A stretch of DNA of 64,000 bases. Origin: Candidatus Aegiribacteria sp. GTDB taxonomy: Bacteria > Fermentibacterota > Fermentibacteria > Fermentibacterales > JCC-6. Made by a program: the position numbers and the translations under genes. Shown in pieces: positions 19,766-28,665 of the stretch; positions within the stretch are counted from its first letter, which is position 1, and each line of letters begins with the position of its first letter. The DNA is taken from assembly GCA_046498225.1 (NCBI GenBank), contig JAWOBF010000043.1, forward strand, positions 1 through 64,000, written 5' to 3'. The notes beneath the pieces were generated by a model. The model made no database searches, was not told the DNA's origin, and saw only the letters and a list, made by a program, of their open reading frames with translations.

Positions 19766-20287
19766 TTATAACTCGTATCTTTCAAGAAATGTGTATTCCG
19801 GCCCTTCGGAGGTCAATCTGCTGTCGACCAGCGCGGCCCGGGTGATGACGCCCCCTATCCCCTCAACCGGCCCCGGCAGGCTGACCGGGAGCCCGCCCCG
19901 GCGCCTGGCGACGGTAAGGTGGGGCAGGAACCTCCTGCCGAGGACGGCGCCTTTCCCGTCCGGTATCGCTCCCAGCCTTCGCGCCTGTTCCATAACTTCC
20001 ACTGGAAATTCCCCTCCGAGCCAGTATACAGAAGGAGAGCCTTTTCTGCCAAAGGAGCCCACCCCGGAAAGAGTGAAACCGAGAGGTCCGGGGCGCCACT
20101 CCGCCATGGTTCCCCTCACCCTCTCCAGAATATCCTTGCCGATGTCGCCGTAGAAGCGGAGTGTAATGTGCATATTGTCAACGGACACCCATTTCAGGGA
20201 GGGGTACCGGGAGATCAGCGGGCTCTGCCATTCGGCGATCATCCTCAGGGACTCCTCCGGCAGCTCCAGGGCGGCGAACACTCTCAT
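19766..20287 (-). CDS. thpR: RNA 2',3'-cyclic phosphodiesterase (2H family)
   Basis: HITL and HLTV motifs; cinA-thpR-recA context. Confidence 0.9.
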   Translation of the reverse strand: MRVFAALELPEESLRMIAEWQSPLISRYPSLKWVSVDNMHITLRFYGDIGKDILERVRGTMAEWRPGPLGFTLSGVGSFGRKGSPSVYWLGGEFPVEVMEQARRLGAIPDGKGAVLGRRFLPHLTVARRRGGLPVSLPGPVEGIGGVITRAALVDSRLTSEGPEYTFLERYEL

Positions 20288-20778
20288 ACCTCCGGCTCCC
20301 TCAGATAATGGTGGAGTTCACGAAGGATGAACCGGGATGCCCCGGTCCTTACCTCTTCCCGGTTTCCGCCGAACAGTTCTTCCCAGGTCCGGCATCCATC
20401 TTCACCGCGGAGCGCCATACAGACGGTGCCCACAGGTTTTTCCGGTGTTCCTCCCCCGGGGCCCGCTATACCCGTGACGGCGAGGGCCAGGTCGGTGCCG
20501 GCCCGCTCCATTATTCCTGCGGCCATGGCGGCGGCCGTCCTGCGGCTAACCGCTCCGGTGCTTTCGATGACAGCTTCCGGCACGTTCAGAAGGTCAACCT
20601 TCAGCCGGTTCGAATAGGCTATGACACCTCCGGCGAACCAGTCCGACGCCCCGGCAGCAGATGTAAGAAGGCCGCCCAGCAGCCCGCCGGTGCATGACTC
20701 CGCCACCGACAGGGTCTTCCCTGCCCGGCGCAGCAGGTTGCCCGTCCTCAGGACCAGTTCGCGGTCAGACAGCGCCAT
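20284..20778 (-). CDS. cinA: CinA C-terminal / PncC nicotinamide-nucleotide amidase
   Basis: AESCTGG, GAVS, TGIAGPGGGTPEKPVG; start reassigned to MALSD. Confidence 0.9.
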   Translation of the reverse strand: MALSDRELVLRTGNLLRRAGKTLSVAESCTGGLLGGLLTSAAGASDWFAGGVIAYSNRLKVDLLNVPEAVIESTGAVSRRTAAAMAAGIMERAGTDLALAVTGIAGPGGGTPEKPVGTVCMALRGEDGCRTWEELFGGNREEVRTGASRFILRELHHYLREPEV

Positions 20779-21232
20779 GGAGCAGGCTCCCCGCAAGGAC
20801 GGATCCGGCGGCCATGACGCCCGCCGCAACATCATCGAGCAGTATTCCCGCCGCGGAGTCCATTTCGTCGAAGCGGGAGACGGGCCATGGCTTGAATATG
20901 TCAAACACCCTGAACAGGACGAAGGCTGCGGCGACCCCCGGTATCCCCCAGCCGGCGGGTACGGCCATGCATGCTATCCAGCAGCCGGCGAACTCGTCTA
21001 TAACCACCCTGGAGGGGTCAGCCCCCCAGCTGTTCCTGCCCGCCAGGCAGCCCCAGTAGCCGAGTACCAGGAAGAGGGCGCACAGCCCCCAGACCAGGAT
21101 ACCGTCCGGCCGGACGACGACGAACAGCGCGGCGGATACCATGCTGCCGGCGGTACCCGGCGCCAGGGGGAAGTAACCCGCGCCGAGAACGGTAGCCACC
21201 AGCCTTCCGGCGGCGGGAAACACTCCCTTCAC
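20765..21232 (-). CDS. pgpA: Phosphatidylglycerophosphatase A
   Basis: APGTAGS, DPSRVVIDE, FRVFDIFKPWP, DDVAAG. Confidence 0.93.
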   Translation of the reverse strand: MKGVFPAAGRLVATVLGAGYFPLAPGTAGSMVSAALFVVVRPDGILVWGLCALFLVLGYWGCLAGRNSWGADPSRVVIDEFAGCWIACMAVPAGWGIPGVAAAFVLFRVFDIFKPWPVSRFDEMDSAAGILLDDVAAGVMAAGSVLAGSLLHGAV

Positions 21233-21840
21233 AGCACCAGTCTCCTGATTATCGACCTGTTCCGCCAGAAGTAATCCACAGCCGATATCACAGCGAGAAG
21301 CACCGCCAGGACCAGGATGATATCGGCCGAGAACAGCAGTGCCCCGCCGCCGGTGGAGAGGTCCATGCCCGAATGGTAGAGGAAGGCCGTCCTTCCGGTG
21401 CTTTCATGGTACAGCACCGAGTAGAGAAGGTAGAGGAACATGGACAGCATCTGGGTGGAGGTCTTGTATTTGCCCGTTCTGGAGGGCAGTATGAGAACTC
21501 CCGCGTAAGCGGCGATGGAGCGCAGGCCGGTCACCAGAAGCTCCCGTCCTATGATAAGGTAGAGAGCCCAGCCGGGCACCAGGTCTATCTGGTTCAGGCC
21601 GATGAGGGCCAGGGCAATGAGCAGCTTGTCCGCCAGGGGATCCAGGAACTTGCCCAGGTTGGTCACCCAGCCGTACCTCCTGGCCAGGTAGCCGTCGTAG
21701 AGATCGGTTATGGAAGCGATGAAGAACACACCCAGGGCGGCTATCCTGGATTCCTGCCTGTTGTCGATGAGAAGCACCATGAAGACCGGGCTGAGGAGTA
21801 TCCTCAGGATCGACAGCCTGTTTGGCCAGTTGAGCTGCAA
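21229..21840 (-). CDS. pgsA: CDP-diacylglycerol--glycerol-3-phosphate 3-phosphatidyltransferase
   Basis: PNRLSILR, TDLYDGYLAR..GKFLDPLADK, GKYKT. Confidence 0.93.
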   Translation of the reverse strand: MQLNWPNRLSILRILLSPVFMVLLIDNRQESRIAALGVFFIASITDLYDGYLARRYGWVTNLGKFLDPLADKLLIALALIGLNQIDLVPGWALYLIIGRELLVTGLRSIAAYAGVLILPSRTGKYKTSTQMLSMFLYLLYSVLYHESTGRTAFLYHSGMDLSTGGGALLFSADIILVLAVLLAVISAVDYFWRNRSIIRRLVL

Positions 21841-21843
21841 TTC

Positions 21844-22431
21844 TCAGACTCTCTGTCGCCCCTGGAAGGCCTGGCTCAGAGTGAGGGAATCCGCGAATTC
21901 CACCGACGCTCCCGGAGGAAGCCCCCGGGCGAGCCTGGTCACCTTCACCGACCGGTCCGCCAGTATTCTGGAGAGGTAGACGGAAGTTGCCTCACCGTCC
22001 GCGGTGGAATCCAGGGCCAGTATTATCTCGTCCGCTTCGTACCTGTCAACCATCTTCCTGAGCTTGTCAATGCCCAGCTCGTCGGGACCCATTCCGTCCA
22101 GAGGGGCCAGAAAGCCATGCAGAACGAAATATTTGCCTCTGTACAGGCCCGCGTCCTCTATGGACCGCTGGTCCGCCGGATTGTGGACCACGCATATCGA
22201 ATCTCCGCGGGAGGGGTTCGAGCAGATGTCGCAGACATCCTTCTCCGTTATGTTCCTGCAGATGGAGCATTCACCAAGGTTCTTCCAGACCAGGTGAAGG
22301 ACCTCTGAGAAATCACTGGCCAGCTCCCGGTCGTCCACGATGCTGAAAGCCAGCCTGGTGGCTGTCTTCTTCCCAATTCCGGGAAGCCTCTGAAGCTGTT
22401 CAACCAGTCTGTCGAACAGGTCGGAACTCAC
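21844..22431 (-). CDS. recR: Recombination mediator RecR
   Basis: LPGIGKKTA, C4 zinc finger, Toprim GEAT. Confidence 0.96.
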   Translation of the reverse strand: MSSDLFDRLVEQLQRLPGIGKKTATRLAFSIVDDRELASDFSEVLHLVWKNLGECSICRNITEKDVCDICSNPSRGDSICVVHNPADQRSIEDAGLYRGKYFVLHGFLAPLDGMGPDELGIDKLRKMVDRYEADEIILALDSTADGEATSVYLSRILADRSVKVTRLARGLPPGASVEFADSLTLSQAFQGRQRV

Positions 22432-22742
22432 ATCAGGCCTCCCAGTCCCGGAAGCCCCAGGGATTCCATCTTCTCCCGGGAGAGTTCCTTGCTCTCCTTC
22501 ACCGCGTTCCTCACCGCCACCAGGATAAGGTCCTCCAGCATCTCCACGTCGTCCGGGTCCACCGTGTCGGGGGAGATGGATATCTCCACGAGCTCTCCCT
22601 GTCCGGTCACCACCGCGCGCACCATGCCCTCGGCGGCGATGCCCTCCACCCGTTCCTCGGCCAGGTCTTCCTGTACCTTCATCACACCGGCCTGCATCTG
22701 CTGTGCCTGGGCCATCATCTTCTTGAGCTGTTTCTGGTTCAT
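22428..22742 (-). CDS. ybaB: YbaB/EbfC nucleoid-associated protein
   Basis: AQQMQ, DPDDVEMLEDLILVA; between dnaX and recR. Confidence 0.93.
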   Translation of the reverse strand: MNQKQLKKMMAQAQQMQAGVMKVQEDLAEERVEGIAAEGMVRAVVTGQGELVEISISPDTVDPDDVEMLEDLILVAVRNAVKESKELSREKMESLGLPGLGGLM

Positions 22743-22766
22743 TTATCCTCTCCGTCTCCGTTCCCG

Positions 22767-24125
22767 TCAGACGGCATCGAAGAGCCCCAGGATCTCCTGT
22801 GACGTCTCCTTTTCCTTTTCCCTGTCCATTTCCTCATCGCCGCCCGTTTTCTTCTCCCGCTCTTCCCGCGAATCCGCGACCGTCTCCTCTGCCGGGGCCG
22901 GGTCCTCCACGGCCGCCTCTTCCAGGGGCCTGTCCTCCGAGGTGGACGGTTCCACCTTCGGGGGGACGCGAGACGCTTCCACACTCCCGGCCGAAGCCAG
23001 TGTTTCAGACACCCCGGGAAGATCGTCGATGGAAAACACCCTGGAAAGCTTCGAAGCGGTCATCACCGCCGTCTCCAGGGTGACCCGGGGAAGATTGCTT
23101 CTTTTGACCTCGGTGGAGGCGCTGCTCATGATCCGCAGGATGTTCAGCACCGCCACGTCCGGGACACCGGCCGAAAGCTTCTTAAGGAGCTGTATCTCCG
23201 ACTCCGGTACCTCCCTGAGACTCTCCGACGCGCCGGTCACCACCAGAAGGAGGTTCCTCAGAAAAGAAATGAACGCGTCCAGCAGTTCGTCGACGCTGTA
23301 TCCCTCGGACAGAGCCCTGGAGACCCTGTCGATAGCCCCGGGAGTGTCTCCGGCCAGCACGCTGGCGGCTACCGAGGCCAGCAGGTCGGTTTCCACCATT
23401 CCCAGAAGCCTGGCAACCTCCTCGCCGCGTATGTCGTTGCCGGAGAAGCTGACCAGCTGGTCCATCAGTGAAAGCGCGTCGCGCATGCTTCCGCCGCTGG
23501 CCCGGCATATCAGGCTCAGGGCAGAGCTGTCCAGCTTGATATTCTCTCCAGCCGCCTCCCTGCTCAGATATTCCGACATGTCCGAGACCGGGATCCGCCT
23601 GAAATCGAACCTCTGGCACCGGCTGAGTATGGTGTCCGGAACTTTCCTCGGCTGCGTGGTGGCAAAAATGAAGACAACGGAGTCCGGGGGTTCCTCCAGT
23701 ATCTTGAGAAGCGCGTTGAACGCCTCGTTGGTGAGCATGTGGACCTCATCGATGATGTATATCCTGTACCTGCCGGTAGCGGTGGCGTAGCGGGCCTTCT
23801 CCCTCAGGTCCCTTATCTGGTCGATGCCCCTGTTGCTGGCACCGTCTATCTCCCTTACGTCAATATGGCTTCCGGCGGTGATGCTCCTGCAGGCCTCGCA
23901 CTTCTGACATGGCTGTGATATGGGGCCGCTCTCACAGTTCAGGGCCTTGGCGAATATCCTTGCCGTGGTGGTCTTTCCCACTCCCCGGGGACCGGTCAGC
24001 AGGTATGCGTGACCTATTCTGCCTTTATCTATGGCGTTCTTGAGGGTAACTGTGACATGTTCCTGGGACAGTACCTCTTCAAAGGACTGCGGCCGCCATT
24101 TCCTTGCGAAGACCAGATAGCTCAA
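22767..24125 (-). CDS. dnaX: DNA polymerase III subunit gamma/tau
   Basis: ARKWRPQSF, GPRGVGKTT, DEVHML, SRCQ, GSMRDA. Confidence 0.97.
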   Translation of the reverse strand: MSYLVFARKWRPQSFEEVLSQEHVTVTLKNAIDKGRIGHAYLLTGPRGVGKTTTARIFAKALNCESGPISQPCQKCEACRSITAGSHIDVREIDGASNRGIDQIRDLREKARYATATGRYRIYIIDEVHMLTNEAFNALLKILEEPPDSVVFIFATTQPRKVPDTILSRCQRFDFRRIPVSDMSEYLSREAAGENIKLDSSALSLICRASGGSMRDALSLMDQLVSFSGNDIRGEEVARLLGMVETDLLASVAASVLAGDTPGAIDRVSRALSEGYSVDELLDAFISFLRNLLLVVTGASESLREVPESEIQLLKKLSAGVPDVAVLNILRIMSSASTEVKRSNLPRVTLETAVMTASKLSRVFSIDDLPGVSETLASAGSVEASRVPPKVEPSTSEDRPLEEAAVEDPAPAEETVADSREEREKKTGGDEEMDREKEKETSQEILGLFDAV

Positions 24126-24148
24126 ATGCTCCTCCGTTCCTGTGGTAG

Positions 24149-24419
24149 GCCGGCCGTACGGGTCTGCTGGACAGGCCTCACGGGACGCATGCCGCAGCCA
24201 GCTCAGGCCAGGTTGTCCTGCGTCGCCCGCCAGACACCGCTTACCGCTGCTACCTTCCGGTCCTGACGGGGTTCACGGGCTGACGCCGCGCAGGTCCTGA
24301 CCCTCAACACCGCTTGCATACATGCAGACCCGCTGCGCGCTGCCGCACAGATCGTTCGGCCCCGCTGCAGCGGATTGCGGGTACAGGGCACCGCTAGCTC
24401 CCCGCCTAGCACGGCCGGC
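24149..24419 (-). ncRNA. ffs: Signal recognition particle RNA, large (Alu-containing) bacterial type
   Basis: 5' GCCGTGCTAGGCGGGGAGCTAGCGGTGCCCTGTACCCGCAATCCGC Alu-like domain; helix 8 GTCAGGACCGGAAGGTAGCAGC; termini pair (GGCCGT/ACGGCC); upstream of dnaX; ends approximate. Confidence 0.9.
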
Positions 24420-24466
24420 GGGCTGAATATACAAGTACATGACACATGGGAGAAGAGGGGGGTGAG

Positions 24467-25249
24467 CTAATTCCGCTCCAGCGGCAGTACGGTCTCACCG
24501 CTGGGCAACGGGTCCTGTGCCCGGTTTTCCGGAGTGACTGCGGCCTCATTCCTGCACAGAACGGCGGCCGCTGTCAGCCCCGCCAGGATGACCAGCAGCG
24601 CGTACAGGATTCTCCTTGCGCTTATCCCCTTCAGAATTCCATCGGACCTGCAGCATCTTACCGCCGCTGCGCTTCCGCCGCTCCCTTTGAAGCGGACCCT
24701 GGTCCCGGCCACCATTTCCTCCAGGCATTTATCCAGATTATTCCGGCACCCGCGGGCAAGACCCGCTGCCGAAGGGGTACCGGCCAGCCCTCGCAGTCCT
24801 CCGGTAACCAGGACAACGGACTGCCCGGGCTGAAGGTCCACATCCATCACGGTTCCCTTTTCCAGTTCTACGGCGAGGCTGTCTTCCAGACCCTTTCCGC
24901 ATAGAAAGGCCCCGCAGCTTCCCGCCGAGTAGACCCGGACATCTCCATCCAGCACGGCCGCGGCGGCAATGGACAGACTGGGACTTTCGCCCGGGGAAAC
25001 GGCCAGTCCGTCCATGCAGTCCTTCAGTACGTCCCCCGCACCGTACGCGACACCCTCGGCGAAGGTGTCACGAACCATGTTCACGGCATTCTTTACGGAA
25101 AGGTACGCGGAAGGGGGACCTTCGGCCACCACGGCGACTCCTGCAACCGCCGGCGTTCCCCTGAAACCATCCGCGTGAGAGCCTGTGCGGGAGCCTATCC
25201 TTCCGGGCTGGTTCAGCCAGGAGATCTCCAGCCGGACCCGGGTCTTCAA
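24467..25249 (-). CDS. PP2C/PPM-like fold protein lacking catalytic Asps, C-terminal TM helix
   Basis: Degenerate motifs VVAEG, SAGSCGAF, LVTGGL, GGSAAAV; TM ILYALLVILAGLTAAAVLC; TTG start chosen downstream of tRNA-Ala (uncertain). Confidence 0.55.
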   Translation of the reverse strand: MKTRVRLEISWLNQPGRIGSRTGSHADGFRGTPAVAGVAVVAEGPPSAYLSVKNAVNMVRDTFAEGVAYGAGDVLKDCMDGLAVSPGESPSLSIAAAAVLDGDVRVYSAGSCGAFLCGKGLEDSLAVELEKGTVMDVDLQPGQSVVLVTGGLRGLAGTPSAAGLARGCRNNLDKCLEEMVAGTRVRFKGSGGSAAAVRCCRSDGILKGISARRILYALLVILAGLTAAAVLCRNEAAVTPENRAQDPLPSGETVLPLERN

Positions 25250-25304
25250 GACCGGACCGCCAGGGACCCGCTTCGGCCTGCTCTTCCGGAGGGAATGGAG
25301 GGGG

Positions 25305-25380
25305 TGGTGGAGATGAGCGGGATCGAACCGCCGACCTCTGCCTTGCGAAGGCAGCGCTCTGCCAGCTGAGCTACATCCCC
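25305..25380 (-). tRNA. tRNA-Ala(CGC)
   Basis: GGGGATGTAGCTCAG...CTGCC-TTCGCAA-GGCAG...TTCGATCC...CTCCACCA; G3:U70; encoded CCA; 76 nt. Confidence 0.97.
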
Positions 25381-25433
25381 ACGAACCGCCCTGCGGAATA
25401 GATGAAAATACACCGGTGGGCCGGCCTGGCACA

Positions 25434-27188
25434 TCACTCTATGAGATATACCTTCCCCGAACCGGAAACAACGGTGAAGCCATCCTCGGAGCCGGACAGG
25501 ACAATGTCAGGGTCCGCGGCCATTATGGAAGATGTCCTCACCAGGAACACCCGGTTGTTCTGTCCCAGAAGTATGACTCTCACCGGCCTGGGAGCCTGGA
25601 AGATGACGGTCTCATGACCGGTATCCTTTATCACGAACAGGTCTTCGTTCTCCGGGATCTCCAGAAGCTCCAGCCTGATCTCGCCGGTATGGAGGACCAC
25701 GGCTTCCTTTCTTATGACCATGTTGTCCCTGACCTCGAGCCTGAGGGGTTCCTCCGAGCCGCAGTTGAGAAGGAAGGTTCCCTGCCCGGAAAGGCTGACC
25801 CTGCTTTCCTCCGCCCATTCCACCTGCAGGGTATTCTCCATCACCGAAAGCATGCACCGGTCCAGGTCCAGTCTGCCCGATATCATGCTGACCGTAAGCA
25901 GGCCGGATTCCGAAGACCACGGGTCTATGGTGTAGTCGGCTTCGTTCCTCATGACGCAGACCCTGTGCTCCGCAGCTTCAGTAACAGGTTCCTCTTCGGC
26001 AGCAGGTTCCTCCTCGACTTCGGGCTCTTCCTCTTCTTCGGGAACCTCCTCTTCGGGTTCCTCCTCGACTTCGGGCTCTTCCTCTTCTTCGGGAACCTCC
26101 TCTTCAGGTTCCTCCCCGGTACCCTTGAAGATGTCTTCCAGCGTCCTGCCGGCACTGAATGGAACGGTCTCCTCGGCCTCGACAACGGGCTCTTCCTCTT
26201 CTTCGGGAATCTCCTCTTCGGGTTCCTCCCCGGCTGCCGGTTCTTCCTCTTCTTCGGGAGCTTCCGCTTCCGGCTTCTCCTCTTCCGGCTCACCGGAGGC
26301 GGTGCCGAATATCTCGTCCAGGCTGACGACCCTCTTCCCGCGTCCGGCGGACGTATCATCCGGAGCGGCATCCTCCGCTTCATCAGCATCTTCCGGTTCG
26401 CTGAACGCGGATTCAAGCGCCGATGACGCTGTAACTCCTATGTTCTCCAGAAGGGCGGACACATCCGCCTCCTCATCCTCGGAGGTGGAATCTCCCGAAA
26501 GGCCTATGTTCTTCAGCAGGGCGTCCACGCTGTCATCGTCCTCGTCGTCCCGGGAGTCCGCGAAGAGTTCATCCGATGGCACGTCAGGATAGATCTGCAG
26601 ACCTTCCCTGGGCGTTTCCTCCTCTTCACCGGGTTCCTCCGCTTCGGGCTTCGCTTCCTCCTCCTGAGCTTCAGCTTCCGGTTCGTTTTCCTCTTCGGCT
26701 TCAGCCGCTTCGGTCTCCTCCTCGACAGCAGCCTCCTCGGACTCCTCCTTCTCGGAAGCCTTCTCACCGACCCTGGAATTGAAGACCTCCGCCAGGTTGA
26801 CCCCGGAATCCCTTTCCCTGGCGGTGATCCTGTTCATGGCCACGGAAGCGCTGTGATGGTCCGGGTCGTTGTCCAGGACTACCTGGTAATTGTCGGCTGC
26901 CAGCTGATACTCCCCCAGCTCCTCCAGCACCTGAGCAAGTCTGAAATGATTGTTGACGTTGCCCTCCTCCAGGGTGATGAGTATCTCCAGCTGTTCCCTG
27001 GCCTCGGACCACAGTTCCATTATCATGCAGGTATCCGCCAGCAGGCTCCTGCCCCGGGGTCTGGTTCCTATGAGTGAAATGGCCTTCTGCAGCAGTTCCC
27101 GGGCCTGTTCCGGAGAGCTCTTCGCCAGGTAGGCCTCCGCATCGTTGCAGAGAGTTGTGTAAGTTTCGCCAGTGAAAGTATCAGACAT
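25434..27188 (-). CDS. TPR + long acidic disordered linker + C-terminal AIM24-like beta domain protein
   Basis: ATG at 27188 after GGGGAGGA; N-terminal TPRs; Glu/Pro-rich middle; C-terminal LSGQGTFLL..SGSGKVYL pattern. Confidence 0.7.
   Translation of the reverse strand: MSDTFTGETYTTLCNDAEAYLAKSSPEQARELLQKAISLIGTRPRGRSLLADTCMIMELWSEAREQLEILITLEEGNVNNHFRLAQVLEELGEYQLAADNYQVVLDNDPDHHSASVAMNRITARERDSGVNLAEVFNSRVGEKASEKEESEEAAVEEETEAAEAEEENEPEAEAQEEEAKPEAEEPGEEEETPREGLQIYPDVPSDELFADSRDDEDDDSVDALLKNIGLSGDSTSEDEEADVSALLENIGVTASSALESAFSEPEDADEAEDAAPDDTSAGRGKRVVSLDEIFGTASGEPEEEKPEAEAPEEEEEPAAGEEPEEEIPEEEEEPVVEAEETVPFSAGRTLEDIFKGTGEEPEEEVPEEEEEPEVEEEPEEEVPEEEEEPEVEEEPAAEEEPVTEAAEHRVCVMRNEADYTIDPWSSESGLLTVSMISGRLDLDRCMLSVMENTLQVEWAEESRVSLSGQGTFLLNCGSEEPLRLEVRDNMVIRKEAVVLHTGEIRLELLEIPENEDLFVIKDTGHETVIFQAPRPVRVILLGQNNRVFLVRTSSIMAADPDIVLSGSEDGFTVVSGSGKVYLIE
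26005..26115. repeat. Intragenic 51-bp tandem repeat (~2.2 copies; PEEEVPEEEEEPEVEEE)
   Basis: ggttcctcctcgacttcgggctcttcctcttcttcgggaacctcctcttc at 26005 and 26056, partial at 26107; degenerate copy near 26186-26230. Confidence 0.9.
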
Positions 27189-27287
27189 GTTTCCTCCCCG
27201 AATTAATGCTGAAATCGCTGGCATACCGATATCTACGATAATCAGCAGACACACGGACCCCGAACCGGCTTCCTCCGGACGAGGGGG

Positions 27288-27379
27288 TGGCGGAGAGAGA
27301 GGGATTCGAACCCTCGAGAACGAATACACGCTCTACACGGTTTCCAACCGTGCTCCTTCGGCCACTCGGACATCTCTCC
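27288..27379 (-). tRNA. tRNA-Ser(GGA)
   Basis: GGAGAGATGTCCGAGTGG...CACGG-TTGGAAA-CCGTG, long variable arm, TTCGAATCC, G73-CCA. Confidence 0.97.
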
Positions 27380-27508
27380 GCATAAGAACTGAACGGGCCG
27401 GAAAATTCCTTATACCGCACAACTGCGAACCAGGCCGACACAACGTACCGGTCCGTCCGGCGGCATCCATTGCGCCCGTCATGGAAGCCGGCCTTTCTCG
27501 CAGGCTAA

Positions 27509-27546
27509 TTGATAGGCAATATATAAAAAAGTGTCAACTTGCGGAA
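27509..27546 (-). promoter_or_regulatory. Putative sigma70-type promoter for the tRNA-Ser/TPR unit
   Basis: AT-rich island with TTGACA (27537-27532) and TATATT/TATCAA candidates. Confidence 0.5.
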
Positions 27547-27619
27547 AAACAGGCCGACGCGGATGGAGAAAGGCGCCCGGGTAGCTTCGGAAAGGCCCGG
27601 AGCTTCTCCCGGCGGGTCA

Positions 27620-28216
27620 TTACCCGTCCGTCAGACTGCTCCTGAACTCATGCACCAGCCGTGAGACGGGAAGTCCCATCACGTTGAAATAGCATCCTCT
27701 GATCCCGGCCACCAGCATGCTTCCGTAACCCTGGATCCCGTAAGATCCCGCCTTGTCCATTGGCTCTCCGGTGGAAACGTACGCGTCTATCTCCTCAGGG
27801 GACAGCGTCCTGAACTTTACGCCGGTCATCTCGGTGAACGTCAGCTCCAGGTCCCGTTCGGGCCACAGGACCGTCACACCGCCGATGACAGAGTGCCATG
27901 CGCCCGACAGCCTTGACAGCATTCGGACAGCGTGGTCCCTGTCCCTGGGTTTCCCCAGCAGCTCCCCCTCCAGGTATACCATGGTATCCGCGCCCAGCAC
28001 CGGTCTTCCATCGGCAAAACCCGATACGCTCCTGGCCTTTTCCCGCGCCCAGTGCAGGACCACGTCCTCCGGTCTGCCGCTCATCTCCGTCTCGTGGACG
28101 TCACCCGGTATCTGAACGAAGGGGATGCCCGCCATTTTCAGTATGGCCTTCCTTCGGGGTGACCGGCTTGCCAGGACCAGGGGAACCGGGGACGGGTACC
28201 ACCACATCGGGTTCAT
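27620..28216 (-). CDS. maf: Maf-family nucleoside triphosphate pyrophosphatase
   Basis: LASRSPRR, GADTMV, LGKP, DKAGSYGIQG, NVMGLP. Confidence 0.95.
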   Translation of the reverse strand: MNPMWWYPSPVPLVLASRSPRRKAILKMAGIPFVQIPGDVHETEMSGRPEDVVLHWAREKARSVSGFADGRPVLGADTMVYLEGELLGKPRDRDHAVRMLSRLSGAWHSVIGGVTVLWPERDLELTFTEMTGVKFRTLSPEEIDAYVSTGEPMDKAGSYGIQGYGSMLVAGIRGCYFNVMGLPVSRLVHEFRSSLTDG

Positions 28217-28665
28217 TCTCTCTCGGAGGGGGAATCGACCATTACGGTCACCGGTCCGTCGTTCACCAGGCTTACCTCCATCATGTGGCCGAATACGCCG
28301 GTCTGTACATCCAGTCCGGAGCCTTCGAGCATCTTTACGAACAGATGGTAGAGTGTTTCAGCCCGGTCCGGGTCCGCCGCCCCCATGAAGCTGGGGCGTC
28401 TTCCCTTCCTGGTATCCGCGTGAAGAGTGAACTGGCTCACTACGAGTATTCCGCCTTCCGTCTGGCTGACGGAGAGGTTCATGTTCCCCTCCCCGTCGGG
28501 AAATATCCTCAGCCCCAGTATCTTCCCGGCCATCCATTCCAGATCTTTCATGCTGTCGGACCTTCCGAAACCGGCCAGAACCAGGAGGCCTTTGCCTATT
28601 CGTCCCCTCAGCCGGCCGCCGGAACTCACAGAAGCACGGGACACTCTCTGCAGAAGAGCTTTCAA
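28213..28665 (-). CDS. dtd: D-aminoacyl-tRNA deacylase
   Basis: LQRVSRASV, VSQFTL, KGRRPSF, NDGPVT. Confidence 0.96.
   Translation of the reverse strand: MKALLQRVSRASVSSGGRLRGRIGKGLLVLAGFGRSDSMKDLEWMAGKILGLRIFPDGEGNMNLSVSQTEGGILVVSQFTLHADTRKGRRPSFMGAADPDRAETLYHLFVKMLEGSGLDVQTGVFGHMMEVSLVNDGPVTVMVDSPSERE

Noticed and set aside
18475..19845. 456-aa plus-strand ORF
   Set aside because: Antisense shadow of recA and recX
22739..22984. Alternative-frame ORF at the dnaX 3' end suggesting a programmed frameshift
   Set aside because: No A-AAA-AAG or long poly-A slippery site seen; the zero-frame end (QEILGLFDAV) already resembles a normal tau C-terminus
25250..25432. N-terminal extension of ORF 24467..25432 (and likewise 27189-27329)
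   Set aside because: These extensions run through tRNA genes; true starts lie downstream of the tRNAs
25990..26300. Regular repeats suggestive of a CRISPR array
   Set aside because: In-frame coding repeats of a Glu/Pro-rich linker; no unique spacers and no cas genes
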